A stretch of 64,000 bases of DNA from Oikopleura dioica. Lineage: Eukaryota > Animalia > Chordata. Position 1 is the stretch's first letter, and each line of letters starts with the position of its first letter. A program made the translations under genes and the position numbers. Below are positions 1 through 13,216 of the stretch, piece after piece. The notes beneath the pieces are model-generated. The model ran no database searches, was not told the origin of the DNA, and was given only the letters and a program-made list of their open reading frames with translations. The DNA lies in assembly GCA_907165135.1 (NCBI GenBank), contig OU015568.1, forward strand, positions 2,976,001 to 3,040,000. Reading direction: 5' to 3'.

Positions 1-3000
1 TTCTCGAGTGCCTGGAGGACCCCCTGCTGGAAGAATTCTTAGTCACAAGTAGAATAATCTCTTCGAGGGGATTGAAGATAAGAATTTTAGTTTTCTATTC
101 GAGAAGAAAAATAAGGGTGTCATTGAGCTATTTTTATAATTAATATTTTTATTATATAATTCAATTAGAAAGCTAGGATAAAATCAAAAAAATATTTTAG
201 ACATTTTTCTTCATCATTTCTTTTCAATAAAGGTCTGTTGAAACTCATTTCAACTCGGGCTGAAAAACAGTTTCTGCCAAATTCATAATTAGTCAAAAAT
301 ATCAGGCAGCTCAGGATTTAATTAGAAAGCTTAGAGCACAACCTAAAATAGCGAATCAACATCAATTCAATTAGGAGTTGCTCAACGTGGTATTTTGGCT
401 AGAATTTGTTTTGCGCCAAACGCGAAAAACAGCAAAATTAATTAAGCGCTGTTAATTTTCAAAAAACATCAATAATTTAGTATAACACGAAGTTTTTCTG
501 TCTCTAGAAAACGTATGTTGCTCGCACTCATTCCAAATGTTAAGCTGTGTTCACAAAGTTATTGGTCACAATTAGCTATTAATAGAAGTGGAATTTCTGA
601 AGAGGCGCCACGAATTAACTGAGAGGGCCTCCTTAGCACGTCAGAATTGTCAAGTAGACAGAATTCTTTCTGATCGGTTTATGCATCTAGGAATTTCAAG
701 GGAACCTCTCTAAAGAAACTTCTGAATTCATCGGTATTAAGTTGTAAATTCTAAGATTATTTTATTTAGGGTTTGAGCATATTATAATCGATTTCGAGCT
801 TCTTAATCAAGGTTTTTGACATCAAGAATGACAGTTTTTATTAAGCAATTTACCAAATTAACAAAGTGATACCCTTAATAAAAGTAGCTTATACGAAGAC
901 AATTCAAGGCAAATCTTCCAAGAAAGAAATATATCCCCACTGAACAAAAAATATTAGGAAAGAAAATGTTTATACTTATAAGTAAGAATTTATAAATAAA
1001 CTATTTATAAAAACCATAAAGTTCTTTTCGAGATATAATTATAAAAAATTTTTTGTCAGTTCACCCTTTGATAGGAACAAGCTACAACAAACAAAGCACT
1101 TAATTTTAGGACACCCTTTCTGCATACACTTGGGGAGAAATAGAAAAGCAGAACCATAATTTTAATTTTTGAAATTAAAAAGGCGCTAAGAATATTTTGT
1201 CGTCTTATTTTTAAATCATAATTGTAATCGCTTTATTTACAAGTCGTCGCCGCCTTCTGAATCTCATTTCCTTTGGAAACCTTCCAACCGGTTTCTTTGT
1301 ATAAAAACCAAGTGTTGAAAGATTATCGGAAGCGTCATCTCCAGCCGAGAAAGACGCTTCCGATTGGCCTGCAATCAAATCGGCATTTTCATAGAGGCCG
1401 TTTTGTTTGTAAACTGATTCGAAAGCAATTCAGAGCGTCCCGTTTGTTTTGTCAGTTGAAGCCGACTGTTTACTTTCGACTTCTAAACATGAAACATCTT
1501 CGCGGAAACATCTGATCGATTTTTAAACAGCACTTGATCATTATTTTGATCAAGACTTTTTCTTAGATAATTTTTAATTGAAAGAAAAACGATGGAAAAG
1601 CCAAGATTTTGAACAAAATTTTTACAAATGTATCTTTAAAAAGGCGAACAAAAGAATCTTAAAGAAAAATAAGAAAGTGACTCACTTATTTTTCATGAAA
1701 AATTTTATTTTTATCATAATAAGAGATTGTTTCCCATTAAAACGAAATTTTTGGCAAAAGTCTTTTAAAAATACGAAATTTAAAAGAAGCGTTTGACAGA
1801 AAATTGATCAGGCGCCGATTTTGGGTTAAAATAATTGTCTGAATTGCATAATCTACAACAGGCTCCGCTAATTCTCTCCCTCTTTCCCCTTGTTACCACA
1901 AATCTCTGCCTCAAACACCATTACTAGCTCCGAGCGAAAAAGTCATCCTGTTTCTGCGTTTCCGGGACCGTGACATTCGCTTCAAAAGAGATCCGCGCCG
2001 CGAATATTTCAATTTTGCCTTTCGACCAAAAGGACCTTTTGTTTTTCACGAAGCATTCTTCCCGCAGAGAGTTGTGGTTTGAAACCATCGGAACATGGCA
2101 TTTTGATTTTGACGCGCAGGGTGGGGGACCTGATTCATTCGAATTTTGGAATGATGGGAACCAATCAAAAGGCATTTACTTGAGGGCCTCGCTTTAATTG
2201 TTGTTAAATCGTGCCTCATTTGCCCCTGAACGTGACAATGTAAAGATGACTCATTTGCAATGTAACGTCGTCATTTAAGACATTTAAAGAAAACAGGGAT
2301 ACGCTTAATCAAAAGTTAAGGGAGCAACTGGTACAGGCCATGAAAACCATTTATTTCTACACAGTCAGCCTTTTTCCCCGAAATTAATTCTTCCTTCACC
2401 GTGGACTCCTCTTAGAGAGAGTGGGAGTATTTTTCACAAAGTGTCCGGGCACTCACGTAACTATTCGGCAATAATTTCGTTTTATTTAATTTTCATTCTT
2501 TCCGCGAAAACGCCAGACCATCTCTTTTCTGGACGAATTCTAAATTGAAACGAAAAGAATTCCGGTTTTTCCTCACGTTGAAAAATCGAGCCCTTCAGAG
2601 GTGAGAAAAATTGGCAAAATTCGGTAAACGTGAAAATTGAATTTCACTGCTCTGACCGACGCGAATTTTATGAAGACAGGTGGCGTGAAGAATAGAACTT
2701 GTTTTCTGTTGAATTAATTGGGTTTTGACTTGACATCATTTTTTATGCGAGAAGTACTTTTTAAAACCTCAAAAAGATTTCAAAATCCCTCTTTCTTTCG
2801 AGTCAAAAATAAGAGCTTTTAGGGCAAATTTGTGTTTTCTAGCAACACCCTTATTTTGCTACAAGAAATACAGTGGGTATGGTCAAATTAGCAGGTAGTT
2901 TTTTGGCAGCTTTCGACAAAATATGCTAAATTGACCATTTTCTCAAAAATATTCCGAATTTCGAGAACATAATTTTCAAATCATCAAATTGGGCACTACT

Positions 3001-3060
3001 GTCTCGTCCTATCTTAATTGTATTCTATCATTATTGTATTCTTGCTTTTTTCAAAGATAT

Positions 3061-3458
3061 CTGGGGTCGGCAACTTGCCACGGAATGTTGTGGCAAGTCA
3101 AGGCAAGACAAGTAACTTGCCATGGCTAGTTATAGAAATGGCTAGTTCTTGCAAGAAAATTTCAAGAAACTTGCTAGATACTAACGCGAGCGCAGTTGGG
3201 TCTTTGAGTACTTTTTCAACATCTGACCGACTGTCTTGTCCCGTATTCTCTCTGAAAACGACTTCTTTTCTGTTAGAAAATGATTTTTGAGCATGAACTC
3301 TTCTTAAAGATCAAGGGAAAAGACCTAGCCATTAACTTGCCATCAGCTTGCCAGGATAATTCCTTTGGCAAGACAAGGCAAGGCAAGTACTTGCCATTAC
3401 ATTATAAAAACTTGCCATTTTACTTGTCATTAGCAAGTTGGCAAGTTGCCGACCCGAG
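3061..3458. mobile_element. MITE-like element, 17-20 bp TIRs, many internal CTTGCC/GGCAAG motifs
   Basis: GGGTCGGCAACTTGCCA (3064-3080) is the exact reverse complement of TGGCAAGTTGCCGACCC (3439-3455); extends to 3061/3458 with 1 mismatch. No clear target-site duplication (TSD). Confidence 0.75.
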
Positions 3459-4683
3459 AAAAATATGGGCCAATATACGTTTTTCGGGCAAATAACGATT
3501 TTAAAAATTTTTTCAATTTTGAGCAAAATCTGCTAATTTGACCGCTGCTAAATTGAGATTTACGCTGACAAATTCAAAATATCTCAAAAAGTTAATAGAT
3601 CATGTAAAAATTTCGATAAAACTAAAATTCGCTAATGTAAACTTTGCTCATTTTTTGAAAAATTATGGTCTTCGCTTTTTATAATCTTTCTTATGATATA
3701 TGATCATCAAAGCTTTTCCTGTCAATCTCTTTGTCTTGACACTCTTATTTATCAAAAAATTAGCCCCTGGCGGCTTTGTTTTAATAAAAACGTTTTACAG
3801 TACTTCTGTGTATCTTAACCCAGCCTCGAATCGCTGACCAAAAATGCCTAGTACATAAGAGGATCCAAGTAATCTCCCCTCCAGAGCATCACTTGAGTTG
3901 AGCCGCGATTTATAAAGATTTCACTACAGCGAAATTTTTTGATGAGCGGTTTTGGCCTGTATATTTGGATCAAGCCTGCTTCAGTCACTTTACTATGACA
4001 AATTTTTGTGGCTTGAAAAGAGAGCATAAGACGATTAAAATGATAATTAACAAAAAGTGAGTTTTGGCTCGAATTCGATGATTCATCCTTTTTTTATGTC
4101 GCATCCATATCCTACTGTCAACAGGCTATTGACACCCTTATTTTTCATTTCATGGAAAATGAACTAATCTTCCTTGAAAGTCAACTTTTTGCCCTTTCTT
4201 TCGAAAGTCCAAATTGAGGAGCGGCGGGTGCTCTTGAATTCTAGAGCTAAAAAACGATAAGCGTTCGCGTAACGACACTCGATACCGCTGAACGATAATG
4301 AAAAATCCGGTCCCCCGCCGCGCCATTTCCCGTGGCTCAAATTTGTAATCTCCAAATTACACTTTGAAAAGAGTCAAATCGCTTTTTCACTTTTTTTTCT
4401 CAAAAATATTAACCCGAGTCAATCTGGGAAGCAAATTTTGGACAGTGTCATTTTAACCTCGCTCGCGCGTTTATGATTTTAATTTGAGCGGGGTCTAACT
4501 TTCGCGCCCCGAGAATATTAAAAAAATTAATGAGAGGAAAAATTGGTCGCAGCGGGAGATTTAGAAAATCACCGAGGTGATCGAAGGGCGTGGACAGGTT
4601 CATTTTTGCAACAGTATAAATTTCGGATAAGAGCTAGAAAATTACCCGAAAAATTTTTCAATTTTTATCAGTGATAAAAACTT

Positions 4684-4920
4684 GGGCTCGGCAATTTGTG
4701 TTGAAAACCTGAGTCAGGTATTGAATGATCTAAGATAAAAAGCCGCATAGCGGCTTTCTTAAAATCGAAGCCTCAAAGCGGCTTCGGAAATATTACTTTT
4801 TAATTTTAATTCCAATTATGGCGAAGCCGCTTCGCGGCTCTGTTTTTAAAAGCCGCTACGCGGCTTTTCATTTTCGATCTTTCATACCCTGACTCAGGTT
4901 ATTTACGCCAGCTGCGGAGC
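4684..4920. mobile_element. CCTGAGTCAGG-family hairpin MITE, copy 1 (longest)
   Basis: AACCTGAGTCAGGTATTGAA near 4706 is mirrored by TTCATACCCTGACTCAGGTT near 4881-4900; outer right arm degenerate. Confidence 0.75.
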
Positions 4921-7900
4921 AAAGATAAAATACAGTACTATCGCTCTGAATATAAATAGCTTCTTAGTTCATGCGCTTTAATTATCTGCCTTTTAAAAGA
5001 ACTATTGCTTCCGCGAAATTAAAGCAGCAGCCAATTTTCGCACGTGCAGTTGACCAAAAATCACCGCAGAAAGGTGATTGCACGACGTAAAAGGGTTAAG
5101 AAAATGTGATTGCAATCACTGGATTATATAATTTTTACGCGACAATCTTTATTCTACCTTCTCTTTTAAGGGGCCCCCTCCTTAGTTAGAAGCAAAAAAT
5201 GAACGTGAAATCAAAGCCGTTCGCCAAACATCCTCACACGTGGTTACTACAAATCTGAAGCCAAGCCAAAGCCGCTACTTAGGTTAAAACAGGAATAGAG
5301 AGACGAGCGCGAATTAGAGAGCGGTAGTCCAAAGATTTCGAAAACTTATTTATTACAAGCACCACTCCACTTCTAAAGTTAACCCAGGAAAAGAAGGGCG
5401 AACCCGGGAGAACTTCAAATTCGAGTTGTTTCAGGAATTTTTAAGTTATCCCATTTTCCGCATTTAAAAAGTGAAAACACCCCGTTCGGGGTAGCGACAT
5501 GTTTAAAGTCAAATATACCCGGTACTAGCCGGAATTTACTCGCGCGAGAAAATAATATAATCCACTGATTTTGAAAAATAATTCATCTTTTCAAAGTTCA
5601 ATTTTAAGGTCATCAACCTTTATTTCGCCCTTTTCTTTTAGTCGCTTAATTTAAAGTCAATTTCAGAACTTAACTTTTCACTCGAGTAAGTTGAGACTCT
5701 CGACTCGAAAAACCGCTTGCTGCTTCAAGTAAATTTCATATGAAGCTGCAAATAACGCGGCTATTAATATCTTTAAGTATAAAATTCAAGCTTTATTCTC
5801 TATTTTTTAAATTGGTTAACTCGAAAGACACCTTCTTACGTAAATGACTATCAAATTGAGGTTTAGTTTGAACGAAAAATATTTATATCTTTATATTATA
5901 TGTAATCCAATTATTACAGTCCCTCTCATCCCATTTTGCTCACAACTCAGACTCGCTCCTCACGTGTTTTCTATTTTTGCCGAAACAGACCAGCACAAGT
6001 AGAGTCAGACTACGCTCCTCATGACATAAGCAAAAACAGCATAAATAATGGGTTTTTGAACATTGAGATTCAAAAAATCAAAACGCCAATTTTGGCAAAT
6101 TGAAATGGCTTTTTTGAGCAGAGACCAAAATGAATACAGGAATCGTGGTGGCGAAGATGAAAATAAAAAAAAGGCTCATTAAAAGTCAGCGTTTTTTTCG
6201 TGAAAATGATTGTTAAATAATTTCTAAAATTCGCGGAACAGTCGATGCCGAAACTTCGCGGATAAATTAGCATACAGGGAGTGAGGCCGGACAACGCATG
6301 ACATAGTCCAATTAGCAAGTTATTATCGAAGTGTCACGCTCGCCCCGAGTAATTATGGTAACGGAATGTGAGCCCAAGTTCTAAAGGCGCGGCCTTGTAT
6401 ATTTAGATTTGCGTCTGATTTTTGCCTTTTTCTGTCTACTAGCCTGGTTTATTAACTTATTTTCTCGATTTTCGTAGCCTTAAATTTTAGATCGAGTAAA
6501 AAATAAGGGTGTCACTTGGTTATTTCGGCTAAAATAAGGCAAAAAGAAGGATAAAAATGCTGAGTCTCGGCGAATGAATTGGATAATTCGAGCGTTAAAA
6601 ACATGTTAGATGTCTAAAAAACGAGGGTTTTCAACAAACGAGCTGACCAAAAGTTTATCCTCACATCTTTTTCGATCCTTATCGCAACCACAAAACAGAT
6701 ATCATCCGGGCTACGCTAGAAAAGTCACTCTTCTTCGTAGCTTTTTGTGCGACTTTGCTTCCTTTTCTATTTGTATCATTATTTTGCTAAGGGTTTCGCG
6801 CTGCGATTGGCATCGTTTTAGCTGTTGCTTGTCATTTTATTTTATCTTCAAAGTCTCAAAGTACTTTAAAAATCTAAACGAAACCTAAAAAGACAGCTTT
6901 ATGGTCCTGGTTTGCAGTGATGCTCCTAAATATCCTCAATGTTACCGGCGCCTTAAGGTAACCCTCTTTATCTTCTTTGCTCAACCAATCCCTTTTTTCT
7001 AAATGAATTAAAAAACAGGCTCTCCCCATTTCAAACTACCCTCTAACCATCTAAATGAAAATTTCATTATTTAATTCTGTCGTCATTTTAACTGGATTTT
7101 TAAAATCCAAGTCCGAACACGTGGTGCGGCGAATTTTTCTTTTTCATAAGCCTGTGCCACTCAAAAATCAGGTCAAAATGACAGTCGAGATTAAAATGAA
7201 TTAAGGACCCACGAATCATGAAAAATGACGATTTTAGGTTGTGGAAAGTGGTGTTTATACATGGAGATATTTACGATGAGTGACGATGCGGAAAAATTTC
7301 AAAAAACGAAGAGATGAAAATCTACGAAGAATTTTTTGCTTGGAGAAAGATATTTTTGAAGAAATTTTTTCTGCTCTTATTTCTTCCGTTTTAAGGGTAT
7401 ATAAAGCGTATTCTGAGCTTTTGTTGATTTATCTTTGTGCTTATATTTTGGTGATTGGTTCAAGGTTCTTTTCGGATAATAAAATAAGGGTGTCACGAAG
7501 CTTTTAATTAAAAAGTTCGGTAGAACAAAATGATCGTTTACCCTTGATATACCCTTAAAAACAGTCCTTTTTTATCTCTTGTCAGAGAATAAGGGTATCA
7601 CTCAAGTGTTGAATCGAACGCTACACCCTTAAAACCACCCTCTTTTCTTCAATAAAATGATTACGTGTGCTACTTCAAATCGATCATTTTTACTTCCAGC
7701 TGATTTATTTTTCGGCACGTTCTCGTTATATCGAATTAAGAAGCCAGCTGAGCGATAAATCACACATTCGAGGATGATAGATACGAGGCAAGAAAGCGCG
7801 CTGTTTAACATGAACAACAATTGTTTTTTGGTTGTCGATTTTAGGAAGAATAAGATGAAGGGCCAGTTTAGCAGCCAGATTTGAAGTTTCGTGGAATCAT

Positions 7901-9548
7901 GTTTTTTGGCAAAAAGGAATCAAAAAAGAAATTGATAAGAAGTTAAGGGGGTCGTCCATTTAAAAATCGATTTATAAAAGGGACTCCATTAATAAACAGG
8001 AAACTCCTTCTTTATTTCAGAATTAAGGGTATCACGTCACTAACTCTCTTTTCCCTGATCTAGAGATAATCTTATTTTTATCAAATTGACATACTTAAAA
8101 TTAAGGGTAAATTTATGTATTTTGTTGAATAGGCATTCTTATTCAGAATTTGCTTATCGATTTAAAAATTGGCTAATCACGTGAAATCCGGTCCCACGTC
8201 AACGTGAAAAGGGCAAAAATGTTCCTTGAGCATTTTTTCGCTGCCCTTCAGGCTCACGAATTGTTTATTTAGGGAGTGGTAACCCTGAGATGGTTTCAAC
8301 CATCAAGGGGTCGCGCGTTTTTATATCCACGGATCAGCAAGGTCGATTATTGTTTAGACTTGCACGTTGTTAACCGCATGTTCACTTTCTTTGGCAATTT
8401 TCTAGGGCACGATTTGAACTGATTAATGATTAACTCATGGTCGACGGATTAAGAAATGATCACCAAAGAAAAGTATCGTGAATTTAAGTTGACGCCCTTA
8501 AATGATGGTTAATCGTCGAAATTATCTATTTTTTGAAATAATAAGGGTAAACCCTTAAGAAAATGACACAAAATTCGGGTCAAAGAATCAGTCTTTTATT
8601 GCTTATCTTTCATTTTGAAATAAATCCATCGACACAGCTAACAAGGCCACGTGATGTGAGCTAATAAACGTTTTGATTTTACCCTTTTCGATCCGACTTC
8701 CGCATTTGGGAACGCGGCGATCCCCCGTTTTGATTTATTTTGCGGGCGGCTCATGAGCGGCGCTATTTTTATAAGTGGCCTAGGTTTAACTTTACTCATG
8801 ATTGCTGATAAGAAGAAATCGAATTAGTTTTACGTGAAATTGCAGAAGTCACGAAAATAGATGGTTTAATCGGCAAAATTGGTCCTTGTTTCAAAAATTA
8901 TATTTTGGGTATTATAATTATTATTTGGCTAATTATAATGCAAAAATAAGTCAAAATTTGGTCAAAAATTTGAATGATCAGTTCGAACACAAATTTCCTT
9001 CAAGGCAAAAAAAATTTTTTCAAGGATATTTATGGCTAAAATATTATTAAAATAAATAATTTTTAATTTTTTTTTTTAAATCAAAATTTTTATGTTCCTA
9101 TTTATTAATTTGTCAACAAAAATAAAACCAACCCTGACTCAAAATTTATTTACTTTTTGTCTTCTATCGAATCTCTTTTTTATATTTTCTTCTTCAAATC
9201 TCAAAAAAGTGATTGAAATTCCGTTGGGTTAATTGTCAATCAAAAATTAATCCCCGGATTAGCAATCAAAAAACAAAGATTTTTGTTGATAGAAGGAGCA
9301 ATTTCCAAATTTGTTCCATATTGGCGAAAAGCGGCGGCGCGCAGAGCGACTCGCGAGCGCCATCTGAGCCGCGCGGAGTTGCGGAAAACGGGGAGCGCTA
9401 TTGTGGGAAAATATTCGAGGAATCGAGATCTAAAAAAGAAACGTCTAAAATTACGGCATAAATATAATTTGATAAAAATAGAACTTGGACATATTTTTAT
9501 TGACAATCTTGGGAGCAATTTTTTTTATTAAAAAATGTCAAAATTCTT

Positions 9549-10804
9549 TCAGTACATGTAGGCTTCCATTTCTTTGTTTTTCCTAAAATTTAAAAAATAG
9601 ATTCTCGTCTAAATTATCATAAACTTACATTAGCGCCCTGAGTTTTTCCTCATAAGCTTTTTCTTGATCCTGATGTTCCGCTACGCTCAATTTTCTTTCA
9701 TTCACAAATCCACGGAAGAAATAAATCACCACTCCCAGGCAATATTCTAAAACCATCATTCTTTTCCTCCAACGCTAACTTTACCTAAGAAAGAAACGCA
9801 GAAGGAAGCATAACAACAGCCACCAAGCTCGTAACGAATTGAATCTACGTCTATATTTGCTTTGCCAGAAAAGATTGATCCCATCGAAGATTGAACCAAC
9901 TCCGAGGCATGATAGTTTTGAGCAAGGGAGGCAGAATACATAGCTTTTTCAGAGTTTTGATCGATGTTTTTTCGTGAAAAACGCTTGAAAACAACAATAA
10001 TAAACTCCTTCCTCCAACAACTAATAACATAGATGCACCCAAAAGCATCCAAACCGCAGCTGCTTTCATAATAGTCACCTTAATTTTTGGTTTCGTTAAA
10101 AACGTCTTTGTGCATTCCATCCCAAACAGCATCAGAATCAAGCTGATCGCACCGCAAAAAATAGAGAGAATCGCGAAGGATCGTAAAATGAGCTGAATGG
10201 CGGAAAGAGAGAAAACGGGTCGAAGGAAGTTGTCGCATTGGAATTGCCCTTGATTGCTGATTAATTGGGGACTGATTACTAATCAGTGATTAGGCATTGT
10301 TTTACCTGGCATGTATTGTAAACACTGGACGAAAATGCCTTTGAATAGAAAGACGGCACCAAGAACTGGGGAGGAAACGGCAGAGTTCATCAGCGCCCAA
10401 AGCGGCCAGATGATTATTATCACTAGAATTCACTATCCACCTCATCATAATGAGTAATACTTACAATGCGCTGTCCAAATAAAGACCGACCCTGTAAAGA
10501 TCGCAATTTGAAGCTGAGTATGAAGCGTAAAACCAGGCAATCGTATTTCCAGGTCCATATCTGAATCAAGTTGCAGCGCATCTGCTTCTCTCATCAAATT
10601 CGTTTCCGTCGTGTGTCTTCGGGTATTTCTCACATTTCTAGTGTTCCTCCTTTTTCCGGAGGAACTGCTTGATCTGCTGTTAGTTCCCATTTTTTGAAGA
10701 AAAATGTGTTTTTGGACCAAAGTTTTTGGCGATAGCGGGTGATCGAATTTGAAATTTGAGGAGCGATTAAAATTTGCTGCGTGTTGATTTTTGGCAGAAA
10801 TCAT
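9549..10804 (-). CDS. Claudin-family tetraspan protein; about 5 introns, start codon uncertain (10804 or 10690)
   Basis: Spliced translation gives QLQIAIFTGSVFIWTAHLIIIIWPLW...GIFVQCLQYMPGQFQCDNF (claudin first-loop W-GLW-C-C-like signature) and LILMLFGMECTK. Introns at 10423-10464, 10249-10305, 9944-about 10011 and two short 3' introns. Confidence 0.8.
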
Positions 10805-11144
10805 GGAAGACTCATTTTTCTATGTGAGTTTCTGACGATCGCGAGGGTCGTTCATAACTTTTGACAAAATAGACAGGCTATAATTTAAATTGGGGTTAAC
10901 AACTCTCGTCCGTTCGTCAGAGTTGGTCAAGATTTCCGCATAGAAGAAAGGGGATATATGAATAACAAGTCGATTTATTAGAAAAAGCGTAAATGAAGGA
11001 CAAGAAACGGAAAACAAGTGTCTATTTTTCAAAAAGGTTGCTTTCGCGTTTTTCTCCCTTGGAAACGCCCGTAACGAGGGACCAATATAAGCAGGCTCGA
11101 AATACAAATTATAAATTTGAAACGATAAGAGAGAGGCGCTAAAA

Positions 11145-12979
11145 ATGCTAGGGAATAATGTTTCCCTCTTTTTGGGAGTCATCGAAATGATGATTTTTGC
11201 GAATATCTTCTACGGTATTCCTTTCGTTCAGCGAATCTTCACGGGTCAGAAAATTTTCATGGAGGAATACTGCACCGTAACTGAAAGCAGTGCTGGGGAA
11301 TACTGCCCAGAGGCGAGTGCGATGGTGGGAACGATGTGGACGATTGGAACGATCTTCTCTTGCTCAGGGCCGATCATTTTCGGAACTTTGCAGACACTCA
11401 TTGGGAGTCATTGGACACGGTAAGAACATAGAGAAGGAATGGTCAGTTGATAAATCTTATTCTAGAGTCATCGCTGGTTCCCTGACTTCTACTGGCCTTC
11501 TACTGATGTCTTTCTACGAATCAAGCGCTTACTACTTGCTTGTCGGTGTCACCTTCGTTGCATTCCCCTCCATTTCATACATCATTCTTAACAGCTTCGT
11601 CGCACCAGTGTATAAATCCATCACAACTCCGTTGATCGTCATGATTCCAGGCTTGATCAATTCGTCTGCAACATCGATGCTGGTCGCGAAAAAGCTCTAT
11701 GAAGCTGGACTTCCCTTGAATAAATATTTTCTGATTCTTTTTATCTTGTCTTTTGTGATTCACATCAGAACACTCTTCTTCATCCCTTCAGTTCCAATCC
11801 CAAAACCTCTCGAGCCGCCTGAGCAGCCACCTGGTTATGTCGAGCCGAAATTCAACATGATGAAAAGCGCAATCGCCGTGGAACTCTTCTGCAAAAACAA
11901 GAAGGAGAAAGAAATCGAAAAGGAAAATCCACCAGCAGCTCAAAAACGACCACCAATAAGAGATCATTTGCCTCAGATGAAAAACTGGATCTACCCGATT
12001 TACGGGGTTTACTACACGATTATTACTTTTAGAATAAACACGATCAAAGGTACAGAAAATTTTCTTCTTCAAAAATCACATCTAAGGCTGGATGACGTCC
12101 TGGATCCAACATGCCTACAGATCCCTCAAGTGCAGTGACTTCCAAGAAAGATTCTCTGATGAAGACTGTCTCGGCGAAATCGAGAATTCGATCACTTTCC
12201 TAATCGACATCAATGGCTACACATACTTTTTCCTCGCCGTGATTCCATTTCTTCCAGCCTTTTTGATCAAATTCTTTGCCCGGCGATACCCAAAAGACTA
12301 TCATTTTGGGGAGCTGCGAACAAAGGTTCTATTAATTCGGAAATCAAGGAAGAGAATAGCTCAACTATCTTTTTAGCTGAATGCGTTGTTGATTCAAATG
12401 ACATTCTGCATCGCTGTCACGATTGGTTGTTCAATCATGATGACCTACCAAGCTTCTGCTCCCGATTCTAGAGCTCTTGCTCTGACCCTCATTTTCTCTC
12501 CCTCGTAATCGTCCCGATTCACTATTCGACTCCTTGGCTCGTAAGTTCATTCTTTACGAGAAAAAGCAGACGTTTTTATAGCTGCTTTTCTCGTACTTTC
12601 CGCCTCCGATGGTTCAATTTCTTTACGCTGTTATGACGGTCCCGATGATATTCGTCAGCCTGGTCAATGACCCGCTTTACAAAATCATCCTCAGTGGTCA
12701 ATCTGATGCTGAAAACTTCGACTTTAAAACAGGTTAAAAATAATAACCCTTCATCTTCTTGATTTTCTAGTTTCGTATGGGATGGCGGGCGCCTCGGGAA
12801 TCTGCATTCTTGCTGTCCTTTACCTCTTCTTTGACACGAAGAAATTCCTCAAAACAAAGGAGATCTTCGGAGCCATCAGAAAAAGACAGATATTGGCGAT
12901 CACGAAAATGGCTGAAATTGGAGCAACTGATGCAAATAATATCAAATTTGTCGAAACCTTAAACTCAGTAAATAAATGA
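11145..12979 (+). CDS. MFS transporter, SLC43A-like (LAT3/ENBT1 family)
   Basis: Consecutive ORFs 11145-11423, 11290-12138, 12092-12376 and 12782-12979 join through short GT-AG introns into about 12 hydrophobic segments. N-terminal LGVIEMMIFANIFYG and a Cys-containing first loop resemble SLC43. Confidence 0.7.
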
Positions 12980-13035
12980 CATCTTTTAATTAAAAAAATC
13001 CTTCTGTCATAAAATTCGTCACCGCGTAACAATAG

Positions 13036-13131
13036 CCATAAAAGGAAAAAGACAACTTATCGCCACTTATTCACAAAAAATTCTATTTACCTTCGGGCGC
13101 TGCCCTTATTTGGCGAGCTTTCCTAATAAGG
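13036..13131 (+). promoter_or_regulatory. Three perfect CArG boxes (SRF sites) upstream of cofilin
   Basis: CCATAAAAGG 13036-13045, CCTTATTTGG 13104-13113 and CCTAATAAGG 13122-13131 all match CC(A/T)6GG. Confidence 0.7.
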
Positions 13132-13216
13132 AAACTCTCAAGAATCCCTCAAATGCTTTAAAACGAGCGGTTCTCTCCTGCAAAAATCACATTTGAAAGT
13201 TGAAAAAGTACAAAAA

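Noticed and set aside
1924-2197. Short overlapping ORFs with moderate GC
   Set aside because: No recognisable motif or consistent splice structure.
5925-5937. CTCATCCCATTTT resembles the 5' end of the Oikopleura spliced leader as I recall it
   Set aside because: Only about 13 nt match; the rest of the leader and the donor site are absent.
9944-10011. GA-AG call for the claudin intron
   Set aside because: An in-phase GT donor lies 6 nt away, so the GA donor is not required.
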